A stretch of DNA of 64,000 nucleotides from Octopus bimaculoides (GCF_001194135.2 NC_068983.1:111880377-111944376); one strand, 5' to 3'. Positions 12,420-26,450 are shown, counted from the first letter of the stretch. Made by a program: numbers and translations. The notes: a model not told the origin generated them from the sequence alone.

Positions 12420-12760
12420 TGTGAGCGTTACCAGTGTCGCCTTACTGGCACGTGAAAAAACATTCGAGCGAGATGGTTGCCAGTGCTACTGGACTGGCTC
12501 CTGTGCAGGTGGCATATAAAATACACCATTTCGAGCATGGCCATTGCCAGTACCACATGACTGGCCTTCGTGCTGGTGGCACGTAAAAGCACCCACTACA
12601 CTCTCGGAGTGGTTGGCATTAGGAAGGGCATCCAGCTGTAGAAACTATGCCAAATCAGATTGGAGCTTGGTGTAGCCATCTGGTTTGCCAGTCCTCAGTC
12701 AAATCGTCCAACCCATGCTAGCATGGAAAGCGGACGTTAAACGATGATGATGATGATGAT
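12420..12760 (+). mobile_element. 5'-truncated RTE-type 3' end
   Basis: Same about 65-bp units and GGAAGGGCATCC...(GAT)n tail as 3802-4359. Confidence 0.8.
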
Positions 12761-13422
12761 GTATATATATATGTATGTATGTTTATGTGTGTGTCTTCAG
12801 ATATGAATACGTTTGGAAACACGTTCACACCTCTCTTTCTCTCTCTCTCTCACAAACACACACATACACACACACACACAAGCACACTTATGCATATAAC
12901 TAGACAATATGAATTGTGTGTTGGACCCTAGATTGGAGGAATATACTGCAGAGAGGGAGGAGAACCAGAAAATGATAGAGATAGAAAGGGAAATAATTAA
13001 AGTAAGGATTGAGGGAGGAGAATCTATATATATAGTGGGTGGGGTGGCAAGAAAAATGAAGCAGATATGTGTATAAAGCGAAGTTGTAACATTCAAAAGT
13101 AGGAGGAAAGGTAACTTCATTGCATTGTTTTATTGGACTGTTACATTTCTATTACCTATGGTATTATTCTGCAACAATCTATGTTTGAAAGACTATAACT
13201 ATGAAATGGAAACAGAAACATCATTTACACACTGTATACACTAATACTATTTGCAAGACTATTGATTGAAAACTATGGAACAAAATTGAAGAAATAATCT
13301 TTTATAGATATCACCTTTATATTACATGAAAAACAGTTTCAAAAGAAATTATGTGTTGCATGTTTCAGTATAAATTTCCAACAAAATAACCATGGAAATT
13401 CCATGGGAAATGCCTATATATA

Positions 13423-13507
<85 letters not shown>

Positions 13508-13514
13508 GTTTGTG

Positions 13515-13567
<53 letters not shown>

Positions 13568-13897
13568 CCACATGATGCATCAATGATCAATCAAAATAAC
13601 AGTATGTACATCTACTTGTAACATTTTTCTGCACACTCAAATATGAATAAGAATCATTTCATGATTTTACCTTGTACAAGAAATTTTCTCAAGAGACATT
13701 TTTGTGTCAAAGCACAACATTCTCCAAATGATATTAGCAACTATCAATCACCAGTGTTTTGGTTGAATGTTGCATCCTCAGTGACAGACATTGCCTTGGT
13801 CTTTGGAGTTAGGAAGTCATAGCTTTCTGAATGAAATCTGTCAAGCTACAGGCTGATATGAAAATTGGTGGTTAGATACCTTTCGACAAAATGAACT

Positions 13898-13900
13898 GCT

Positions 13901-13979
<79 letters not shown>

Positions 13980-14200
13980 ACTACTACTACCACTATTGCT
14001 GCTGCTGCTGCTACGACTATCACCACTACTACCACTACCACCACCAACAACAACAACACCACCATCACCATCACCACCACCACCTCTGCCACCACTGTTG
14101 TTGCTATTACTACAACTGCTACCACAGCTGCTGCTACTACTATTACTTCTACCACCACCATCACTGCAATAGCTACTGTTACTAATACTCATAATAATGA
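13898..14200. repeat. Compound (CTA)n/(CTG)n/(CCA)n trinucleotide repeat
   Basis: Directly visible; source of the poly-L/V/S pseudo-ORFs. Confidence 0.95.
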
Positions 14201-16829
14201 TGAGGAGTAGGGAGAAGAATATTGCAGCATATTAGGGTGCAGTGCAATGGTAACAAACAAGAAATATATTTGTTGTCAAGCAGCTAGGGGCTATCGAAGA
14301 ACTTCTTTCAACTCCTAAAATACTTTTCCCAAATTTCTGTCTGTGATCTGCGAATACATATTTAGAATGGACTTTTTACCCAGCCTCTGCTGGCCATCTC
14401 ACCCATCTTTCAGGAAACTTATTGGAGAGCACTTCTTACCTCTCCACTCAGAGTTTCTCTTCAGTTGATACTTAGAAGGGTTGATGAAGGTACGGCATGA
14501 GAGAAAAATACCTTGTTCTCTGTTCTTTCAATCTTTGTTTTTGCTATAACAACCAGACACAATAAATTGACTTACATTTCCTTGCAAATGGAAGTTGGTG
14601 GAATGAACTCAATCAATAGCCATACTTGTCCATATGCCAGACAGACCAATTCCATCACTGAGTTGCTTGTACAGTTTATCCTGAAGCAGCAATGACTATG
14701 ATTTAAATGCTAGGTCAAACATTTTGGCAATTTGTGTATAATTTCCAAACTAAAGTATTTCAAAAGAGATTTCTCTCTTCATCCTCATCAATGTTCAGGA
14801 TATCCATGCAGACATCACCCCTCATATTCATTAATGCTCTATAAACCGCAAAGAATGAAGTTCCACTGGCTACATTAGCCACTATTAAAAGTAAAAGAAT
14901 GCTTGGAATGATTGTAAACACTGGTCAACAATATACCTGGCTGAAGCTCCGTCAAAGAGGCAAGCCACAAAAAGACGTTCCTGCATAAAGGCTACCACAC
15001 TAGCACACTCAAATAGTCTTTACAGATGTCACAGCCTCCTTGCATACTTGTGCATCATTAATCCCAACACTAAATGGAACTTCTGATTATTGGAACAATT
15101 CTTTTTAACAAGAGGAAAAAGAGCAGACACACCAATTTGGTCAGCCAGTGTCTAGAATAAGGTATGGCAGCCATAAGACAATATGTTATAGAAGTGATGT
15201 AGGTATTTGCTACTTTTGTCTAGTATTTCAGAGATAGCTTTCTCTCAGTGCATTTCTGAGTGAGATTTGTGGGAAAAAAAATTTAGATAAAAACAGAGAA
15301 ATGTTAGGGTATTAATAAAGTGCTCCAAGTGTGTTTAATTTACAAGTCAACAAGATGTTGACCTTTTCTTGTCCATTCAGATCCAACAGTTCTTCATGGA
15401 AGATACTGGACTCACCACTTTTAAACACTGCATGCAAGAAGTAAAGAAATCAATACTCTATGATACTGTTCAATGCAAAAGGCAGTTACTTGCATATGTG
15501 AAGGGGATTTACTTTCATTATAATTTCAATCTTTGTTTGACTGTTTATGTGATTATTATACAATTTTAATTCTGTGTAATTATTTGTATATTTTTTCCTC
15601 CACAATCTCTTAATTTAACCCACATTTACCCGTTAATGTAATTCACTCTTTTTTTATTGAAGACAATAAGGTTAGTTGCTGTCATTTTAAATAATTTGAG
15701 TGATTACTTAGAATCTGTCTCAGTTTTTGTAAAATCACTAATTTTTTTCAGCTGATCTGTCCAGATAAGATAATTTTGTATCTACCCATCCATATTTAAA
15801 ACTGTGTTTAGAATGGCTACAACCTGTTTTCCCTGTCACTTAGTCTCTCCAGCTGCCAAGATGCAGGCCTGCCAACATTACTGCTAGTTTGTCTTCATTA
15901 TTTCTATCATATTCTTGTATTAAGTTAGTTTTGCATTATTGGAAGGCTTTAACCCTTGACCAGTGTGACATCTACATATGCAGACAATATACTCCTCTGT
16001 CCCAGCATAAGGGCTCTGTGTCCCAGGACTTTCCCAACTTAAGAAATAGAGATTTGAGTGCCAATATTTACAAAAGCAGTCAAAATAGATGTCTTTCCAG
16101 AACAAACCATGATACCAAACAACTCTAACAACTGATCACTTATTTATTTGTTTATACAATATAATGTGGTACATCCTGGTCTTTAGCAAACCAACAGCTA
16201 AATGTTTTCAGGTAATCCAGATTAATTGTATTGTTACAGAAACCATATCAAAACATTACCCTTCCTAATGTGTATTGGTTGTTACTCCTTACCAAAATTG
16301 TATTTTGCCAATATGTAGTCATTTTTCACATTCCACAAAATGCATTAAGTTAAATATGTAATGATTCCTTAAAAGATGCTTAAAAACATCCTCCAATGGA
16401 AACATCACAAACTAGTATTTGTGAGTAATACCTAGGCAAAATCCGTCTCTTATATCAAGAAAATAGTATTTTGTACTACAATTACTCTGCCCAGGAATGA
16501 CACACAATCTCAAAGTTGAGAGGAATGCTAGTTTCTCAGATATATAATAATATTGGTAAAAGACATCTCTGTCTCACACATATACATAAACACAACATGC
16601 AGTCATGAATATCAGATGTGCAGATAAATAAGACCATTTTAAAAATGACTTTTTTAACTCTTCAACAATTATAGTAACTCCTCCAACCTAAATCAGTAAC
16701 TAGTTTATTTTTCCTGTCATAAATAAGAGAAAGACTTTTTACTTACCAATGGAGCAATAGTCAGCTTGGGTTACAAAGTATATCTAATACTACATGAAAT
16801 TTTGCTTTATTGATCATGGATGAAATTGA

Positions 16830-17770
16830 TAGTAATGACATCAATGCCAATGCAAACATGGGTTATTTAAGAAGATATAAGCATTATTCGCACCTGGTTT
16901 ATACATTTAAACTGAGTTCTACTTCAGCTCTATGAGAAAGTCAGGAATGTCCCTTCTATTGGCTATATGAAACAGCTAAAAGAATACTGGATCAAATTTT
17001 TATCCTTACTTAAATTATTTTACAGCAAAACATCTTTGGCAACAAGCATCTTTTGTTGCATATATGAAAAGAAATGGCTATCACAGATAGCACTTGTTAT
17101 TCCAACTCTCATGATGCCAATTGATCTTTTCAAATACTAAGAACCAGCCAAAATCAGCCATAAGAGAGATCAAAGATAATGTAAACAAACTGCTGCTACC
17201 ATCATTAAACTCTCATATTTCCCCACATGTAACTGATTTGACAGAGATAATTGTGGAATATATTCAAGTTAAGAACATTTTGAAAAAACAATTTGAAAAA
17301 GACCTTTCCAGTTTTACTAAGTTTTCATTGAGTGACAGGTCATTCTTAACAAAATTAAAGAAAAAACTTAAGGCTCTTGAGTCGAAAGTAATTGATGATC
17401 TTGCTTGAGAACACATGGGATCATGTGTTGTTAATTACTGAACAATACCTTCTTATACACAGCTGCTATATTCTTAAAGAACACCAAGCAGTAATCTGCA
17501 GTACATGTGCAAATGAAATTACTAAACAGTAGCAACCTTGACAGAAAACAATCTTGAAGAGAACAGCAACAATCTACACTGCTATATTAGATGGTTTATC
17601 ACCATAATAAAACGTAATGGGTACAATAAGTTTGCACCTCACTACTTACATTTCAGGCAAAAATAACCAAACTTTACAACGAATTTTCATGCCAGAGTCT
17701 TGAAAGCAATCTAACTCAGGATGCTGAATGTAAACTTCATTATAATAGAAAATCTTTTATTGCACTAAAC
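16830..17770 (+). mobile_element. Decayed N-terminal region of an R4/Dong-like non-LTR retrotransposon
   Basis: Frame-corrected reading QLYEKVRNVPSIGYMKQLKEYW..., then FSLSDRSFLTKLK (ORF 17121-17408) and LLNNTFLYTAA, in the order of the GYM-x-RLK-x-WD, ERPRLPK and IN-x-LYAAA motifs I recall from R4/Dong ORFs. No RT domain seen. Confidence 0.5.
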
Positions 17771-18429
17771 ATCTATGAGATACCCTTTCAAGACAAATAT
17801 TGTGGTATTATGCATCGTTATTATACATCCATATTAAGTAGGATATAAAGATTGTTATTTGATATTAATACAGCTTCTGTTGCTAATATCAAAATATTCA
17901 TCTAGCTAGCCAGCTTTTTGTGACATCAGGGCCTGATTAATCACTGTTTTTTTTTTTTTTTTATATTCTTATATGTCAGTAGAAGTGAGGTTTGGTCAAC
18001 AATAGTGATAGTGGATTTTTGTTGCTGATGAAGTGCAAACATACTGAAGTTATGTGATCTTGCACTTCTACAACTGGCGCTGGACAATTTTCGTTTGTCA
18101 CTGATTTTCCATATTTAAGCCCTAAGCATCTATACCAGATGCTTCCTCAAGACAAATATCATAGTATTATAGTATTCCTATAATACATCCACGTTAAGTA
18201 GGATATAAAGATGGCTATTCAGTACTAATACTGTTTCTATTACTAAAATCTAATACATGCATACATATATATAAACACACACATGCACACATATAATATA
18301 ATATATAATATATAATATATATATATATATATATATAAATACACACACACATATATGCATGTATCTATACATATTTATGTGTGTGGCCAAAAGTGATTGT
18401 TTAGGACCTGGAAATATTCCAGATTCTCT

Positions 18430-18700
18430 ATCTCATTAGTTGCTGGTGTTAACTAAATTCAAGGATGAATAACATTGGAATATTGTTTTAACATCTATGG
18501 ACAGCAGTTCTACTGCTGCATATACGAACATCTGAGATGGGATTGGCAAAGATTCGCCCACCAACATGCAAGAGCTCCTAACCTAGAAAGGAACTATTTC
18601 ATTGTTCACCACAGCTACAACAGACTTTACTTCTTTGATTTCACAAGTTACATTGTTCCTCTGTAAATGCCAAACACCTACTCTTCTTCTTTTTTTCCTA
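18430..18700 (+). mobile_element. CR1/L2-like LINE RT C-terminal relic
   Basis: ORF 18475-18666 MEYCFNIYGQQ...EHLRWDWQRFA...SYNRLY resembles LEYCSHIW...LDxIQxRA...SLFYRYY. Confidence 0.45.
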
Positions 18701-20337
18701 CTTATTATCTCTGATTCTTAAAACCATGCTGTAAACAATTTCTCCACTCAATCCTCCCCTGTGAATTTCAGGATGCACTTCTCATGCATGTTTCTAAGAG
18801 AATTTTCAATTTACATGCATTTATAAGCTAAATAGTAATCATCTTAATCTCACTCTTTTAAGAGGACATGCAAGATTATGAGCACTGCATATCCTCCTCC
18901 ACTAACTAAATGATTAAAAGCAAAGTTTAATAGTTAACTATTCAGAGTATAAGTTGAGGATCTTTCATGGCTTAATCTATTTATATAATATTCCTGATAA
19001 ATCTGAAAGTTTTGATCATTGTTCATCTGCCAACGGGGAATGTGGCAGTATTGTATCAATGAGAAATAATTCAAGCGACTTTCTTTTAAATGATCTTATA
19101 TAAATAATTCCTAATGTAGGTATTTAATTATAGGAAAAATTAAATATTTAAAAAAAAATCTTACATCTAATCATTTTTCTGCTAAAATATATTGGATAAT
19201 TCCAAAAACTGACTGAAAGTAAGAGCAGATTTAACAGTCTAAACCTAGAGGGAAATCAGAGAAAATTTAGAATTTATAGCTTTATGCAATATTCATATAA
19301 AGAATTTGAAATTGTAATTGGATCTACAAAGAAAAAATGAAAAATGCAAAATGAATTGGCTATCATTTTTGACAGCATATGTAGACTACTAATACTAATA
19401 CTAATATTAGTAACAATATCAACAACAATAATATTTTATTAGCCACAAGGACGCAAAGAGATGCAAAAATGTACCAAACTTTCACCAGGGGTTGCAAAGA
19501 AAGGAAAGATAACATGGAATATGAAACACAAAAAGTAAAACATGTTTATAAATACAAAGAGATGGGAACATTGAAAGAAATATTAAGAATTGGAAGGTAC
19601 ACATGTGCACACACAAATTTGTACATGTATGTATGTGTGGGTTGTTATGGTTACTGTAGCCAAGGAAACTGTCCTCAATCCAAAGTCAGGCTGAAGTTGT
19701 ATAATCCTAAGTCATGCAGAAGTTTATAATCCAAATTCTAGATGAGGTTTATTCTCACTTCTCAGCCACTGTCTTTTGTACTTACTAAATAATCTTTCAA
19801 GGATACACCACGTCATTGTCTCTCCCACAAATGCAAGAATCTTCTCACCCAAAGCAACAATTCCTCTGAGTCAAGTAAAGCAAAGAGGAAGCAACCTTTT
19901 CTTATTTTCTTTGAGAACAATTGGTGACTACACATACACATAGTGAATCCACTGGTTCAAAACCAACCAATGGGCCAAAGTTACATTCTCACAACAGTAT
20001 ATATATATATATATNNNNNNNNNNNNNNNNNNNNNNNNNNNNNNNNNNNNNNNNNNNNNNNNNNNNNNNNNNNNNNNNNNNNNNNNNNNNNNNNNNNNNN
20101 NNNNNNNNNNNNNNNNNNNNNNNNNNNNNNNNNNNNNNNNNNNNNNNNNNNNNNNNNNNNNNNNNNNNNNNNNNNNNNNNNNNNNNNNNNNNNNNNNNNN
20201 NNNNNNNNNNNNNNNNNNNNNNNNNNNNNNNNNNNNNNNNNNNNNNNNNNNNNNNNNNNNNNNNNNNNNNNNNNNNNNNNNNNNNNNNNNNNNNNNNNNN
20301 NNNNNNNNNNNNNNNNNNNNNNNNNNNNNNNNNNNNN

Positions 20338-20372
<35 letters not shown>

Positions 20373-20714
20373 CATTTTTTTGTGCTGTAGCTTCAACTCA
20401 GAGCTGCAGCCATGCTGATGCACCTCCGTTTATATATATGCATATATACATACATATATGTACATACTTACATATATATGTATATACATATGTATATACG
20501 GGTACAGGACATCATGAAACATAAACCACATGAAATACGAAATACGAAAATATGAAATACGAACTTTTTTTTGCGAACAATGAAAGAAACAAATGGAAAA
20601 CAAGACAAGTAACATAAATAACGACCCAAAATCTGTTGTCGGCTGTTTTATCTACTCCACATTTCGAGCAATTATGACAAGGTGTGTCTTCGAGAAAACA
20701 GTTGCTCCCACAAA

Positions 20715-20995
20715 GCAAAATAAAATTTGGGATTTGAGGAGGGTCGATGTTGGTAACATAAACAGGACAGTGAAAACAAACAGTAAGGGATTTACTGAAA
20801 GATCTTAGCCAAGTGTAAACCTTATACCAATGGAAGAAGCAAGTGCGGTCTTTGTAATATGGAAAGATCGCTCATCTGCAGAATTTCCTTTGACCCCACT
20901 ACATGTCTAAATTCAAGAACTGACCTTTTTGGATCATGTCCACATGTGAAAAAATACCTGTTACGGTTTTGGGCACCGCAGGATCATGGCTAGAA
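20715..20995 (+). mobile_element. Penelope-like element, C-terminus of the GIY-YIG ORF
   Basis: KILAKCKPYTNGRSKCGLCNMERSLICRISFDPTTCLNSRTDLFGSCPHVKKYLL matches the PY...CxLC..E...LNxRxE...CxH C-terminal signature of PLEs; preceded by IWDLRR. Confidence 0.75.
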
Positions 20996-21300
20996 TTCAT
21001 ATTTTTATTATGTTCCTTTAAAGCTTTCCATATGTCTTAACTTCTTTTAATTTTTTATTTTTATATATATTTTACATTTTTCTTTTTTCCTTTTTAATTG
21101 TGTGAATGTGTATGTGTGTGAGTTTATATGTATCTGTATGTGCATGTGTATATATGTGTATGTATATATGTATATATATGAGTGAAAGACTGTGTCCGGT
21201 GCATAAGTGCAACTTTCATGCACACATCCCCTTCATTTATACAGTTATGCATATATTTGTATATGTGTTGGTGTAGGTGTGTGATAGGAGGATGTATATT

Positions 21301-21354
<54 letters not shown>

Positions 21355-21357
<3 letters not shown>

Positions 21358-21727
21358 TGTGCTATGTGAATTTATGGAAAGGTATCCCATAGAACTCAAC
21401 AAATTTGTTAAAAATAGAGAAGAGAAGACGTTAAAATTTGAAAGAATTTTAATACATGCATACGATCATTTCAAACAGCGATATTAAAACATGTAAATTT
21501 CTTGGTAGAATAATTAAATTAATTTGATTGAGAATAGTGATATGTAATTAAGTAATTTAATCAAATTAATTTAATTATTCTACCATGAATTTACATGTTT
21601 TAATATCACTGCTTGAAATGATTGTATGCATGTATTAAAATTCTTTCAAATTTTAACATCTTCCCCATTTGTAACAAATATTTTGAGTTCTATGGGATAC
21701 CTTTCCATAGATTCTCATAACACACCA
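21355..21727. mobile_element. Fold-back MITE (about 175-bp imperfect arms, about 29-nt loop, TA flanks)
   Basis: TA|TGGTGTGCTATGTGAATTTATGGAAAGGTATCCCATAGAACTCAA ... TTGAGTTCTATGGGATACCTTTCCATAGATTCTCATAACACACCA|TA. Confidence 0.85.
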
Positions 21728-23608
21728 TATACAAGTATTATTTTCATATTTTCAAACTTATACCAGTAAGCTACCAGCAAAATATAAAGAATCTTTATTA
21801 GAAATCGCTTTTTTGGAACACTCCAAAATTAAAGGTTGAAATATAATTCAACCTTCTCACGTATATTCAAGTACAATGCATTTTACTTTCCCTTTTAGGT
21901 AATTTAGCATTTCTATGGGTATATTGTAATTTACTTGAACATCTGCAAATTTGAAGCAAGCTAAACTGTCAAAAGACAATTGCCAGGAGACTTTCAACTT
22001 CAGCTTACCTTTGATCTGGACACATTTCTTTTACATCTTAGTAGTTTATTGACCACAAGTGTGGTTTTAACTAGAAATCACTCATTTGTGTATTCCACTC
22101 CTTTCCTTTTCTTTCTGTTCCTTTAGTAGTTCTGTTAGTTCTCTGCTTGCTTATGAAGAAATTCCAACTTCAAATTGACATACTGAGAGACAAGCTGAAC
22201 TCCATCACTTAATTTGCTTTATATGTGTCAATCTGTTATGACTCATATTAAAATTTAGTGCATGTAGATATGTCCATTGGTGTATTGGTGATAATTTGAG
22301 GCATGAAACATTGCATTTCCTCTGGATAGGCTTGTTTTATGTTACTGTAATCAACTAGTATGGTTTTTACCATTACTTAATTGTTTGAATGTTTCTTGAA
22401 TTATTCTGGTCTTATCTCTGCCCTACAATAAACAGCTTCCCTTAGTAGTTTAGCTAGAGGTTGCTATTAGTTTCATGAAGAAAGCATTTCTACTGCCACA
22501 AATGTGGAGAAACATGCACTTGGGAGGGCAACCCACTCATCAGATTCTCTTTGCTATTGCTTGAGGTAGACCTTTTTGGAGAAAGTCTATTCTTTAATGC
22601 CTTTTGCACTGACTCCGACAATCTGTCTTTCCTATTCATACACCTTGTTCTTATTGACCACTGCTGGTTATGACCAGTGAAGTATACCCCTGGTGGTCAA
22701 CATCTGATCCTGAGGTTGAGGTGGGTTTTAAAGCTGCAACTGATTAAGCAAAGAGTGATGTTATTGAGAGGGTACTTGTTACTTCTGCTTGTTTTGTAAC
22801 AGCCGACTTCTCTCTCCCTTTCTCATTGCCCCGGGTATGAAGTACTCAAGTGGTGTCAATTCTCACAAGTTTAATATCTGAATTTTTTTTTGCTTTTATT
22901 TCTGAAATTGCAACAGGATATAGTTCCAGAATGGTCTTGTGGTTGTGTATTTATGGAGGTGGGAATCATTAGGACTTGAATGTTTGTACTGACTCCTCTG
23001 AACACACACCGTTTTTGGGGACAGCAGCATCATCAACAACAATAATAATAGAATACAACACCTAAAGGCAGACACAAATGTTATATTTACCACAGAAATA
23101 TGAAGTTAGGTGAACTTCCAGTACCAATAAAAATTGTATCATATAAAAGCAGAATACAAATATGTCATCTAAATTTTTATGAAAAGCTGAATCAACCAGC
23201 CTAGCTCTAAAGTATTAACAAAAACGAAATAAAACAAAAACAGCTGTCTTCTTTCTTTGGGAAAACAAGCCAACAAATGGAAAATGCAAGCTTTAGTAAA
23301 ACAACTATAAGGCAGGTGGTGAAACAATAGTAGACAGCATTAAAAAGAAATAAAAACAAACTGAAAGATGGGACTGGAAAATGCTATTTTAAATGTTAGC
23401 AACAAAATCTCCTGCAGAGTCAATATATCTTTCAAGAGATAGTAATGCGATAATGGAAGAAGCAAAAACACTGTACTCTTTAGAAAATCCAACACTCAAA
23501 GACAACAGCGTAAGAACAAACCCTTACACCCAGAAACTACTAAAAAAATCTTATAAGGAAGATGAGGATAAAAATTATCTGAGTATCTTACTGAGTGCCA
23601 GCATATTA

Positions 23609-23859
23609 TTGGGTTGGTGCATAATTATTGTGGCTTTCTTTCAAAAACTTTTATTCAATAAAAACAATAATGACTTGTAACAAAAACATCTTTAATTGAT
23701 TATTCTGGAGCATATTCACCATTTACTTCAATTACTTCTTACCATTTGCTTGGCAGACAGTCATACCATCATTTAAAGATGTTTCTGTTAGATATTGTTA
23801 TTGTTTTTGCTGAATAAAATTTGTTGCAAAAAAGCCGCAATAGTTATACACCAACCCAA
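23609..23859 (-). mobile_element. 251-bp mariner MITE / deletion derivative
   Basis: TA|TTGGGTTGGTGCATAATTATTGTGGC and GCCGCAATAGTTATACACCAACCCAA|TA TIRs. Interior retains a transposase C-terminus (LPSKW*EVIEVNGEY). Confidence 0.9.
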
Positions 23860-24049
23860 TAGTTAGACAAAAACAAAAATAATATTGATTATTTAAAATT
23901 ACACTCCCAGTGATGAATATACTAATTATCTGAAGAAATAATTCTGGGCAAAAATGTAAGGAGAGACAACTCCAAAATTTTAATTGAAATAAATGGATTA
24001 AACATGAAATGCAGTGCTGAGTGAGTGTGACTTTTAGCAGTCTGGTGAA

Positions 24050-24480
24050 ACTCCTGACATGTTTTTGATTTATGAGACTTCATCAGCAAAGCTTAAACTA
24101 ACCAAGATTGAAAGCTCTCAAACTGACAAGAGAGATATACTTTCTTGTTATTGTGAATGAACAAGGAGTAGTGTCATAAATAAAAAAAAAGATGGGAGAA
24201 AAGTCTTCCTGCCTTAAGAAATGGCATTTCTCATCATTGATGATGTAATTCCAATCAATTAAAATGTTGTGGTTTAGCAGAACAGATACGTTAGCACCCA
24301 CTTTACTGTTAAGTTTTATTGCAGCAGATGTCCATAAACATTTTCCCCAGTCAATCATTCAATTTATTACACCACCCTGTGTTCATTCACAAAAACCTCT
24401 CTTGTCAATCTCAGATTTCACAGATTAGCCATTTAAAATTTGCTGCCTTGATGAAGTTGGATATGACCTAAATAGGCTCA
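24050..24480 (-). mobile_element. Possible L1/Tx1-clade endonuclease relic
   Basis: ORF 24098-24358 DWGKCLWTS...GANVSVLLNHNILI...IINDEK weakly resembles W-x-G-x-x-W...GVAILI...D-x-x-GR. Confidence 0.3.
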
Positions 24481-25087
24481 GAGTTGTCATTTTACTGCTA
24501 AAGTCAGAGTTGTACTGTTTATGATCAAACTTATTCTCTCTGCGTTAAATACTTAATTCATTTTTTAAATTAAAATTTTAGAGTTGTCTCCTCTAATTTT
24601 GAAGTGAACTCTTATCTTTGGACCAGAATTAGTCATTTACATTATGACCCTTTTCATCATTAAGTGTATAATTTTGACTAATAAAACTTCTTGATTTACT
24701 ACATCAAGCATGTTAGCAAACACTTAACAATTAAATTTTCATGCAGCATACATCCCTGGGTATTTTTCTCTAGTTATTTCTATAAAAAGTAATAGTAGAT
24801 TATGTGAAGGTGGTGAGAAAATAATAAGCTTCATTTTGTATGGTTGCCTCTACTTGTAAAAATGTGATCTATAAAAGTTGACTTCACAGAGTTTCAGATT
24901 CATACACTTGAAATCATATCAGAGAGTACAAACGAACAAAACAAAAAATTTAAATGAATGACAAAAGGTCTATTCTAAGAGATAAGCCAAATCCTGCAGA
25001 ATACTCAAAGATCAGTAAGAAAAACTGTTTTCTCTTTAATGTATGAATTCTAATGAATGAGATAGAGAAACTACAGGAATATAAATA

Positions 25088-26450
25088 CAGTGATGCCTTG
25101 CACTACGAATTTAATTTATTCTATCACTGAGCTCATTTTATGATTTACTCATTTTACAAATCAATTTTGCCCACTGAAATATGATTAATCCCTTCCAGCC
25201 CCCCAAAATAATTTTTCCTGTATTTTAAAACAGAAACGGTGTAGTTACAAGTCGTCGCCTTCCTGGCACTTGTGCCAGTGGCACGTGAAAAGACATTCAA
25301 GCGAGTCCATTGCCAGTCCCGCTGGACTGGCTCCTGTGCAGGTGGCACGTAAAATACATCATTTCGAGCGTGGCCGTTGCCAGTACCCCTTGACTGGCCT
25401 TCGTGCCATTGGCACATAAAAGCACCCACTACACTCTCGGAGTGGTTGGTGTTAGGAAGGGCATCCAACAGTAGAAATTCTGCCAAATCAGACTGGAGCC
25501 TGGTGTAGCCATCTGGTTTCACCAGTCCTCAGTCAAATCGTCCAACCCATGCTAGCATGGAAAGCGGACGTCAAACGATGATGATGAGAATGCAAAATAA
25601 ATATGTAAACTGGTTTTGTTAACTGAATTTCCTTAAAGATGGGATGGTTTGTGTGCGAAGAAGATGATAGAGCGGGAAGAAGGAGGATTGCTGTTTGGAA
25701 GGATAATCTTCTTCCATTAAGACTTCAAGAAGAAACATTTCTGGCGTTTTCTCTCTCACTTCACTTAATTTAAGCTTTTTGGACACACTTTCTTCACTTT
25801 TTACATTTGCAGGTCATCTCATTAGAAAATATCAAGAGAAGTCTGCATTTTCCTGCCTTTCAAAATGTTACAAAAATGCACCTCAGCAATGTCATTAAAT
25901 AAAGCAACTGCACAACTTGTAGCTTCTTTTTCAGGATGATATTTTTCTACAAATTCAAAAATATACTGCTACCTTGCCAACCCTGCCTTTATATCATTCA
26001 TAAAGATAACATTCTCTGCTACACTGTCCTCCTCGGGGGAACCAATCTCTTCCACCGCATTGAGCACTGTCCTTTGCACTAACCTTTTTAGGACCCATGG
26101 CTAACATAACTAATTATTATAAAATAATAGCAAAAACTGCACAAAACTAAACAAAAACACTGGGAAAAACACAATAGAGATGCTGCCACAACTAGATAAA
26201 CACGTGAACTGTGCTTGTTGGGAGAGCATGCGTGAGCTCAGCTCCGGCTAGAAGTTGCTTGTATGAAAATTGCTCGGACTGTAGATTTCTGCTCATACAT
26301 CTATACAAAAATTCTTTAAGAATTGTCTTCCTTTTTTTCTTAAAGAAACACTAAAATCTCTTTCCCAAACATCCACCCATCACCTCACCACTTTCAAAAA
26401 GCTACAAACTCCCAATGTTTCACTTTTAGCCTTTTGGAAAGCGGGGAAGT
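25088..26450 (-). mobile_element. Internally deleted Tigger (MER44/Tigger7-like) transposon with a nested RTE tail
   Basis: TA|CAGTGATGCCTTGCACTACG terminus. Minus strand MGPKKVSAKDS starts at 26098 and is joined to C-terminal KYHPEKEATSCAVALFNDIAEVHFCNILKGRKMQTSLD. The far TIR was not found, so the right boundary is approximate. Confidence 0.7.
25253..25587 (+). mobile_element. 5'-truncated RTE-type 3' end inserted in the Tigger element
   Basis: About 65-bp units plus GGAAGGGCATCC...(GAT)n tail. Confidence 0.8.

Noticed and set aside
13841-14192. Poly-L/V/S/P ORFs (also 4790-4999 and 57275-57717)
   Set aside because: Translations of trinucleotide microsatellites.
22480-23093. Possible terminal exon (VLYSIIIVDDAAVPKNG...) or LINE endonuclease relic on the minus strand
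   Set aside because: No recognisable domain or partner exons; could not distinguish from chance.
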